Part shown: piece by piece, positions 18,357-24,533 of the stretch | Layout of the letters: the number at the start of each line of letters is the position of its first letter | Position numbering within the stretch: position 1 is the stretch's first letter | Origin: a virus | Taxonomy: Duplodnaviria > Caudoviricetes | Virus record (IMG/VR): IMGVR_UViG_3300020045_000128 | Span: 1-24,533 of that record | Reading direction: 5' to 3' (one strand) | DNA length: 24,533 bases | Notes under the pieces: model-generated | What the model saw: only the letters and a program-made list of their open reading frames with translations | The model's database searches: none | What the model was told of the DNA's origin: nothing | Made by a program: the position numbers and the translations under genes

Positions 18357-18899
18357 TTAATGACTGTACCCCATTTTGTCAAGATAATCTGCAATTTTAC
18401 GATGTTCTTCAGCACTACCGTCATTTTTTAAACGATTGGCTCTCCAAGAAATGATCTGAACATTTCCTTTAACATACCCAGCACTAGGATCTATCTGGTC
18501 AAATGAGCAACTATTTTCTTGCCTACCTTCTGCAAAGTAGTCAATTTTAATCCCAAGGATGGGGCAAAACGCAGGAAAGTCAAGCTCACCAAACGCTACG
18601 GTAAAGACCTTTCCTTCTTGTTTAGCCCTGCTTTTCTTACTTCTATACTTAGCTCTGTGTGCTCTGTACAAATCAGAGTCTTCTTTTTGACCCCATTTTT
18701 TATTATATTTTTCAGCATGATGTTGTGCTTTTAGCTTTAAGCCTACTTGCTCAATCTCATACTTAGCAAAGATTTGTTTGATACGCTGTTTAGAGACCTC
18801 GTATTTCTCAGCAATTGCTACCATAGTAAGTCCACTTTTTGTAAGCTCTTTTAAAAATGGAACTTCTTGTTCCCAGTTGATTCGTGAAGTAAAAGACAT
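18357..18899 (-). CDS. HTH plus His-Me/HNH-like endonuclease (180 aa); start revised to ATG 18899
   Basis: GLTMVAIAEKYEVSKQRIKQI (sigma70 region-4-like HTH); CPILG...SFDQIDPSAGYVKGNVQIISWRANRLKND; SD AGGAG. Confidence 0.8.
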   Translation of the reverse strand: MSFTSRINWEQEVPFLKELTKSGLTMVAIAEKYEVSKQRIKQIFAKYEIEQVGLKLKAQHHAEKYNKKWGQKEDSDLYRAHRAKYRSKKSRAKQEGKVFTVAFGELDFPAFCPILGIKIDYFAEGRQENSCSFDQIDPSAGYVKGNVQIISWRANRLKNDGSAEEHRKIADYLDKMGYSH

Positions 18900-18929
18900 T
18901 AATTCTCCTATATTTAACTTTATCCTATT

Positions 18930-18958
18930 ATTATACACTACTGGGGCTTGTATGTCAA
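18930..18958 (-). promoter_or_regulatory. Consensus sigma70 promoter for the central HTH-HNH gene
   Basis: Perfect TTGACA (18958-18953), 17 nt spacer, TATAAT (18935-18930). Confidence 0.85.
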
Positions 18959-18984
18959 GAGATATTTATGGTACAATAGATGTA
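18948..18984 (+). promoter_or_regulatory. Rightward promoter for packaging operon B
   Basis: TTGTAT-18 nt-TACAAT with extended -10 (TGg), followed by AGATGTA as in the leftward promoter. Confidence 0.7.
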
Positions 18985-19035
18985 ATCTATTTCCTCTACA
19001 AGGAAAACAATGTTTCAGCTTCCTAAGAAGGACTT

Positions 19036-19806
19036 ATGGCTAAAGAATTCTCATTAAAAAATACAGCGCTCTCTATGAAGAGAGCTAAGGTAGAAATGCA
19101 TAAACCTGGATACAAGTTCTCTGTAGAGAAACGCATTGAGGTGATTTCTACATGGCTTGCCCTAGGCAACTTACGTCAGACATCTGTGCTATGTGGAGTG
19201 TCCTACGACCTCTGCTGCAAGTGGCGCGTACAGCCTTGGTGGCAACAGATGCAGGCTGAAATTGAAGCTGCACGAAAACACAAAGTTGACAACAAGCTTA
19301 ACAAAATTGTTGACAAGGCCCTCGGGGCCATTGAGGACAGACTGGACAACGGCGATTATGTCTACAACCAAAAGAGCGGAGAAGTTACACGAAAGCCTGT
19401 CTCCATCAAGGAAGCTCGCGGTGTGGCAAACGACCTTATGCAACGACAAATTGCCCTCTCTAAGCTGGAAGTAGAAACACAACATGCTTCTTCAGCCAAC
19501 ACCGTAAAAGATCAAATAGCTCTTCTTGCAGAAGAGTTTGCCAAGTTTAACACTAGACGAACAATAGAGGTATTACCAAATGCCATATCAAATTCGGGAA
19601 GCTCCATGCAAAAAGTGCAATCTTCCGAACCAGAAGACGCGTCTGAAATTGAATACACAGAACAAGACTCAGAAATATTATCTTCTGACGACATGTTCGA
19701 CATGCGAGAGGAAGGCGACGAAACTCCACCAACAGAACAACAAGAGCTACTGGCAGAGTATGAATCGCAAGAGTTATCAAAACTGGACTCCGGAGTATTA
19801 CGCTAA
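19036..19806 (+). CDS. Putative terminase small subunit, copy B, with acidic C-terminal extension
   Basis: LALGNLRQTSVLCGVSYDLCCKWRVQPWW and DRLDNGDYVYNQKSGEVTRKPVSIKEA align with copy A. Confidence 0.7.
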   Translation: MAKEFSLKNTALSMKRAKVEMHKPGYKFSVEKRIEVISTWLALGNLRQTSVLCGVSYDLCCKWRVQPWWQQMQAEIEAARKHKVDNKLNKIVDKALGAIEDRLDNGDYVYNQKSGEVTRKPVSIKEARGVANDLMQRQIALSKLEVETQHASSANTVKDQIALLAEEFAKFNTRRTIEVLPNAISNSGSSMQKVQSSEPEDASEIEYTEQDSEILSSDDMFDMREEGDETPPTEQQELLAEYESQELSKLDSGVLR

Positions 19807-20050
19807 ACGACTTTTGGAATCAAACTGTCGGCATAAGCGATTAAAAGGTATGTCTTGGGATCAAGAGCTTACAGAGTTTGTCACAGAAGAAGCCCACAAA
19901 CTACGGGCTCTACGAAAAGAAGCTACAGGTTTTGAGTGGCATGTTGACCATATTATTCCACTAAACGGGAAGAAAGTATCCGGTCTACACATCTGGAATA
20001 ATTTACAGGTTATCCCTGCTTCAGTAAATCTGAGCAAGGGAAATCGTTAG
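19580..20050 (+). CDS. HNH homing endonuclease
   Basis: CxxC...CxxC N-terminus; WHVDHIIPLNGKKVSGLHIWNNLQVIPASVNLSKGNR; SD GAGGT upstream. Confidence 0.9.
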   Translation: MPYQIREAPCKKCNLPNQKTRLKLNTQNKTQKYYLLTTCSTCERKATKLHQQNNKSYWQSMNRKSYQNWTPEYYAKRLLESNCRHKRLKGMSWDQELTEFVTEEAHKLRALRKEATGFEWHVDHIIPLNGKKVSGLHIWNNLQVIPASVNLSKGNR

Positions 20051-20059
20051 GAGAACCCT

Positions 20060-20371
20060 ATACCTTACATGCGCAAAGACCCAAAGACGGGCAAGTCAGT
20101 CAGAGACACAAAGCGTGAAAACGAACTTTATAATTCAAGGCCGGAGCAGATCAAAGCCCGCACGGAACGCAACCAAGCACGAGCGGCTATGGAGAAGGCG
20201 GGGAAAGTGACGAAGGGGGATGGGAAGGATGTGGACCACAAGATGCCTCTGAGCAAGGGTGGGACGAACGTGAAGACCAACTTGAGGGTTACGAGCCAAG
20301 CGAACAACAGAAGCTTTTCGAGAGCTTCCAACAGTTCAATGAAGAGTCAGAGAAGTAAGTCTGGTAAATAA
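20060..20371 (+). CDS. Small basic HNH-motif protein, copy B (probable ATA start; first ATG at 20069)
   Basis: KRENELYNS.PEQ.KAR.ER, KGDG..VDH..PLSKGG, NLRV and SMKSQ shared with copy A. Confidence 0.8.
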   Translation: MPYMRKDPKTGKSVRDTKRENELYNSRPEQIKARTERNQARAAMEKAGKVTKGDGKDVDHKMPLSKGGTNVKTNLRVTSQANNRSFSRASNSSMKSQRSKSGK

Positions 20372-20817
20372 TGTCTCTTGTAGAACAACTTACCAAGCAA
20401 CTCACTGTTGACGAAGGTATTAAACCACAGGTGTACAAAGACTCTCTAGGGCTTTGGACAATAGGCATTGGTAGGCTTGTAGACCCTTCTATCCCAGGCT
20501 CTGGCCTACGTCCTGAAGAGATTCAATATCTCTTTGCAAACGACTTAGAAGATAGGCTCATCAGCTTGTCAAGCAAGCTTCCGTGGATGTCAAATCTAGA
20601 TGAAGCACGGCAAGGTGTACTACTAAACATGAGTTTTCAGATGGGTGTTACAGGACTGCTTAAGTTTAAGAACACGTTAGAACTTGTACGTACAGGCAAA
20701 TACACGGAGGCGTCTGTGTCCATGCTACAAAGCCTCTGGGCTAAGCAAACACCTAAACGGGCTGCTAGGCTAGCTAAACAAATGTTAACAGGAGAGTGGC
20801 AGTATGAAGGGGTATAA
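20371..20817 (+). CDS. Endolysin, T4-type lysozyme (GH24)
   Basis: Catalytic E15-x8-D24-x5-T30 (DEG...YKDSLGLWTIGIG); NMSFQMG; SLWAKQTPKRA. Confidence 0.93.
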   Translation: MSLVEQLTKQLTVDEGIKPQVYKDSLGLWTIGIGRLVDPSIPGSGLRPEEIQYLFANDLEDRLISLSSKLPWMSNLDEARQGVLLNMSFQMGVTGLLKFKNTLELVRTGKYTEASVSMLQSLWAKQTPKRAARLAKQMLTGEWQYEGV

Positions 20818-20995
20818 AACTATCCTACTAAACGGTGTTGTTATGCTAGCTCCTTTACTGGATATGCTAGTAAATAATGGAGCCTTGTTTAGTGCTTTGC
20901 TAGGAGAACATACTCCTGTAGCCCTTAGCATCCTTGGCCTAGCAAACATTGGTCTTCGATGGATTACAACTACACCGATTGGTAAAGCAGAATGA
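20804..20995 (+). CDS. Small two-TM membrane protein (holin-like)
   Basis: Two hydrophobic segments, MKGYKT start, LRWITTTPI end; overlaps the lysozyme and terL. Confidence 0.65.
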   Translation: MKGYKTILLNGVVMLAPLLDMLVNNGALFSALLGEHTPVALSILGLANIGLRWITTTPIGKAE

Positions 20996-22485
20996 TTTTA
21001 ACAGCCGCAGTGGTACATGGGTTTAGCCAATCTATGCTACAGAAAAACTTTGATGCGGCTTCTGATTCTCCAGCCTGTCATTTAGAATGGTGGGAATTGT
21101 TCTGTAACAAGCATCCACAGGTAGCTATCAGTGCCCCACGTAACCATGCAAAAAGTACAGCCCTAACCTATTCCTATACGCTAGCTGCTGTATTGTTTCG
21201 AGAGCGTAGTTATGTGCTTATTGTCTCTGACACTGTTTCACAGGCTTCTCAATTCCTAAATGACATTAAGCAATGTCTTGCAGAGAATGAGCAAATTAGA
21301 AGCTTGTTTAAAATTAAAGAGTTTCTAAAAGATACAGAGGATGACATCATTGTCATCTGTGAAGATGGTCACATGTTTCGCATTCAGGCTAAGGGTGCTG
21401 AACAGAAGCTTCGTGGTTTGAAGTGGAATAATAAACGTCCTGATCTCATCATGTGCGACGACTTGGAAAATGACGAAATCGTTATGAACAAGGAACGGCG
21501 TGAAAAGTTTAGACGTTGGTTCTATGGTGCTTTGCTACCCTGTAAGAGTGTCTCAGGAATCATTCGCTATGTAGGAACTATTCTGCACACTGACTCTATG
21601 TTGGAATCTATTATGCCTAAACCATATCAAAAGGGCACAATAGTTACTCCATTAAAGACGTATACAGAAAAGCGTAACAGTTGGATTGCTGTAAAATATC
21701 GAGCACACACAGATGACTTTAAAAGCATCTTGTGGCCTGAGCGTTATACCAAAGACTACTTTATTGACAAGCGTAATGAGTATTTAGAGCAAGGCATTCC
21801 AGATGTCTACTCTATGGAATATTTAAATATTCCTATTGATGAGTCTGTTGCTTTCTTCAAAAGACGTGACTTTGTTCACATGACCGAAGAAGACAAGAAG
21901 AAGAAGCTTAATTATTACATTACGGCTGACTTAGCCATTTCACAAGCAGAGCATGCTGACTATTCAGTGTTTATTGTTGGTGGAATGGACGAAAACCGTA
22001 CACTCTTTATTAAGGAAGTTATTAGAGATCGTCTAGATGGACGAGAAATTGTTGATATGATATTGACATTGGAAAATCTCTACAAACCAGAGGCATTTGG
22101 CATTGAAGAAATGCAGGTGTCTAAGGCCATTGGGCCTTTCCTTCGTGAAGAGATGGTAAAAACTGGTATTTTCCCCAACTTAGTTAAGCTAAAACATGGT
22201 GGAAAAGACAAAATCTCTAGAGCACGCTCTATTCAAGCCCGTATTCGAGCCCTTGGTGTCAAGTTTAACAAAGCTGGTGAATGGTATCAGACATTTGAAG
22301 ACGAAATGTGCTCATTCCCACGCTCAAAACATGATGACCAAGTGGACTCAATGTCCTATTTAGGTATGCTTCTTGATTCTATGATTGAAGCCCCAACAAA
22401 ACAAGAGGAAGAAGATGACGCCTATGCCGATGAATATGAACGAAACATCGGGGAATCCGGCAGAAGCGCAGTCTGCGGCTACTGA
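20992..22485 (+). CDS. terL: Terminase large subunit, copy B
   Basis: Walker A APRNHAKST, Walker B LIMCDDLEND, nuclease ITADLA and HDDQVDS. Confidence 0.95.
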   Translation: MILTAAVVHGFSQSMLQKNFDAASDSPACHLEWWELFCNKHPQVAISAPRNHAKSTALTYSYTLAAVLFRERSYVLIVSDTVSQASQFLNDIKQCLAENEQIRSLFKIKEFLKDTEDDIIVICEDGHMFRIQAKGAEQKLRGLKWNNKRPDLIMCDDLENDEIVMNKERREKFRRWFYGALLPCKSVSGIIRYVGTILHTDSMLESIMPKPYQKGTIVTPLKTYTEKRNSWIAVKYRAHTDDFKSILWPERYTKDYFIDKRNEYLEQGIPDVYSMEYLNIPIDESVAFFKRRDFVHMTEEDKKKKLNYYITADLAISQAEHADYSVFIVGGMDENRTLFIKEVIRDRLDGREIVDMILTLENLYKPEAFGIEEMQVSKAIGPFLREEMVKTGIFPNLVKLKHGGKDKISRARSIQARIRALGVKFNKAGEWYQTFEDEMCSFPRSKHDDQVDSMSYLGMLLDSMIEAPTKQEEEDDAYADEYERNIGESGRSAVCGY

Positions 22486-24502
22486 GCAGGAGCTTCCTAG
22501 CCTACGTTCTTTTGTAGAATCTAAAAACATTGCTGAAAGCCTTAAAGAAGAACAACTTCGTGAAATTGCTTCACAAGTGTCTGAAGGCTTTGAATATGAT
22601 TTGTCAACCCGTGAATCATGGGAACAAAATATTGACGATTGGACTAAGCTAGCTCTACAAGTAAAAGAAGAAAAAAGCTGGCCTTGGCCTAAGGCCGCTA
22701 ATGTCAAATATCCGCTACTTTCTACAGCGGCTATGCAGTTTAATGCTCGTGCCTATCCTTCACTTATCCCTGCTAACGGCGATATTGTAAAGGTAGAGGT
22801 TAAGGGCAAAGATAAAACTGGAGAAAAGCTGGAACGTGCTAAGCGCATTAGCTCTTACATGTCTTACCAGCTTCTCTATGACATGTGCGGTTGGGAAGAG
22901 GACATGGACAAGCTGCTAATGATGCTTCCCATCATTGGCACTGTCTTCAAGAAGACCTATTACAATCCTGTAAAACACATTAATGTTTCTGAACTGGTTC
23001 TTCCTAAGAACCTAGTTGTCAATTACTGGGCTAAAAGCCTAGAAGATGCAGAGCGCATTAGTGAAATCATTCCTATGACAAAGCGACTTGTCAAGGAGAA
23101 GATGATGTCAGGTAGCTTCTTGGATGTTGAGCTTGGTGAGCCTATCCCAGATCCTAAATACATTACCGTTGCAACCCTGCAGGATGCCTCTACACCCTAT
23201 CAAATCGTAGAGCAGCACACCTACCTAGACCTAGACGATGATGGCTATGCAGAGCCTTACATTGTAACCTTTGAACGGACTAGTCGTGAAGTATTGCGCA
23301 TTGTTGCACGCTTTGATGAAGACACTATCTTTACAGATGACGAAGGCACTCTATTACGTATTGAGCCTATTTCGTACTACACTAAATTCGGATTTATTCC
23401 AAATCCTGATGGCGGCTTCTATGACATTGGTTTTGGGCTTCTTCTTAGCCCTATTAATGAAAGTGTTAACACCCTAATTAACCAGCTTATTGATGCAGGT
23501 ACTATTAACAACTTGCAGGGTGGTTTCTTAGGTAAAGGGCTTAAGCTTAAGATGGGTGAAACCCGTTGGCAGCCCGGTGAATGGAAACCAGTTAATAGCA
23601 CTGCTGACGACTTACGAAAACAAATTGTTCCTCTTCCAACAAAGGAACCATCGGCTGTCTTATTCCAACTAATGGGTAGTCTCATTACTTCTGGTAAAGA
23701 ACTAGCATCTGTAGCAGAGATTTTTGTGGGTAAGATGCCTGGACAAAACACTCCTGCCACTACAACGATGGCTACCATTGAACAAGGTATGAAGGTATTC
23801 ACTGCTGTGTACAAGCGTGTGTATCGGTCCTTGCGAGAAGAGTTTAAAAAGATTTATACACTAAACCGTGTATACCTAGATCCTGATAAATATATTGCTG
23901 TAGTAGATACAGAAATTGGTCCTTCAGACTTTGATAAAGAAAGCTATGATGTCTGTCCTGCAGCAGATCCATCAATTGCTACTTCTACAGAGAAACTGAT
24001 GAAGGCTCAAGGATTACTAGAACTCCTGTCTACAGGTATTCTAGATCCTATTGAAGTGGTTAGACGGGTGCTAGAGGCTCAAGAGCAGCCAAACCCAGAG
24101 CTACTATTCAGTAAGGAAATTCAAGAGTCTGGTCAAATGCAACCTCCTCCAGATCCTAAGCTGCAAGAAATGCAGATGAAGGGGCAGATGGAACAGCAAA
24201 AGTTTGCGCTACAAGCACAGCAATCTGAACGTAAGGCAATGCTAGATGAGCGTAGCCAACAAACTCAACTTGCTATGAAAGCACAAGAACACAACTTGAA
24301 TATGCAGGCTGCAGCACAGAAAGCACAGCTTTCAGCAGCAGAAGCAATTCATAAGCAACGAATCTTTAGTGTTACAGAGCAGGCTAAAGTAAATCAGCAG
24401 TTAGTACAAAAGGACCAACAGCATAGACAAAACCTCCAGCAGAAAAAGGAGCTAACATCAGTATCCAACAAGAACTCGAAGCCTGGAAATCAGAAAAAGT
24501 AA
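22415..24502 (+). CDS. Portal protein, copy B (start probably ATG 22415)
   Basis: PWPKAANVKYP, AAMQFNAR, GTVFKKTYY, FYDIGFG, GKMPGQNTPATTTMAT; GAGG SD 6 nt upstream. Confidence 0.92.
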   Translation: MTPMPMNMNETSGNPAEAQSAATEQELPSLRSFVESKNIAESLKEEQLREIASQVSEGFEYDLSTRESWEQNIDDWTKLALQVKEEKSWPWPKAANVKYPLLSTAAMQFNARAYPSLIPANGDIVKVEVKGKDKTGEKLERAKRISSYMSYQLLYDMCGWEEDMDKLLMMLPIIGTVFKKTYYNPVKHINVSELVLPKNLVVNYWAKSLEDAERISEIIPMTKRLVKEKMMSGSFLDVELGEPIPDPKYITVATLQDASTPYQIVEQHTYLDLDDDGYAEPYIVTFERTSREVLRIVARFDEDTIFTDDEGTLLRIEPISYYTKFGFIPNPDGGFYDIGFGLLLSPINESVNTLINQLIDAGTINNLQGGFLGKGLKLKMGETRWQPGEWKPVNSTADDLRKQIVPLPTKEPSAVLFQLMGSLITSGKELASVAEIFVGKMPGQNTPATTTMATIEQGMKVFTAVYKRVYRSLREEFKKIYTLNRVYLDPDKYIAVVDTEIGPSDFDKESYDVCPAADPSIATSTEKLMKAQGLLELLSTGILDPIEVVRRVLEAQEQPNPELLFSKEIQESGQMQPPPDPKLQEMQMKGQMEQQKFALQAQQSERKAMLDERSQQTQLAMKAQEHNLNMQAAAQKAQLSAAEAIHKQRIFSVTEQAKVNQQLVQKDQQHRQNLQQKKELTSVSNKNSKPGNQKK

Positions 24503-24533
24503 CTAAGGTTATTATGGACCTCTACAAGCAACG
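24457..24533 (+). CDS. Small post-portal protein, copy B, partial, probable ATC start
   Basis: ISIQQELEAWKSEKVTKVIMDLYKQ aligns with IISAEELKQWKRDEVT; SD AAGGAG at 24446-24451; overlaps the portal end as in arm A. Confidence 0.65.
   Translation, partial: MSIQQELEAWKSEKVTKVIMDLYKQ

Larger units (their letters stand above)
1..24533. mobile_element. Tailed bacteriophage late (virion/packaging) region with two divergent packaging operons
   Basis: Two TerL, two portals, MCP, adaptor/hub proteins, tailspike, lysozyme, holins and HNH nucleases; dense genes with TAATG/ATGA overlaps; no host housekeeping genes or integrase seen. Confidence 0.97.

Noticed and set aside
18312-18984. Invertible promoter segment (phase variation) between the inverted 16-mers
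   Set aside because: The repeats are the promoter -10 regions themselves, are imperfect, and no invertase is visible; inversion would leave both arms with equivalent promoters
20048-20050. Genome-wide TAG reassignment suggested by the in-frame TAG between two HNH genes
   Set aside because: All major genes are full length under the standard bacterial code with no internal TAG
9109-23814. Numerous short antisense ORFs, including similar ones at 13900-14187 and 23419-23814
   Set aside because: Their similarity simply mirrors the conserved portal sequence on the other strand; no independent coding signals
13188-24502. Duplication as a palindromic assembly or amplification artefact
   Set aside because: Copies differ widely in codons, amino acids and gene content; an artefactual mirror would be near-identical. 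A chimera of two phages cannot be fully excluded without reads
1-24533. CRISPR array, tRNA/rRNA, integrase/att site, DGR reverse transcriptase
   Set aside because: No regularly spaced repeats, intergenic gaps too short or lacking such structure, and no RT or recombinase motifs seen

Overview
The whole window is tailed-phage (Caudoviricetes) late-gene DNA, mostly AT-rich, with a P22-like podovirus layout. Two paralogous DNA-packaging/head operons are transcribed divergently from a central region (~18240-19035). The left arm (minus strand) reads TerS, small HNH, holin, hypothetical, TerL, portal, small post-portal gene, GroES, HNH, scaffold, head proteins and MCP, SGNH fibre, gp4-like adaptor, Endo VII, gp10-like hub, tailspike, ejection protein. 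The right arm (plus strand) reads TerS, HNH, small HNH, lysozyme, holin-like, TerL, portal, small post-portal gene (truncated by the window edge). The paralogs share long peptide blocks but differ at synonymous sites. Both arms start from an equivalent promoter motif (CTTGTA...TGnTAYAATAGATGTA), which suggests one genome with two co-regulated packaging machines. Other signals: a ~1.28 kb GC-rich SGNH-esterase cassette bounded by imperfect inverted repeats and fused in-frame to an AT-rich anchor; apparent ATT/ATA/ATC start codons in both members of two paralog pairs; and homing endonucleases that regenerate the gene ends or RBSs at their insertion sites. All product calls come from motif recognition and synteny. 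No database searches were run.
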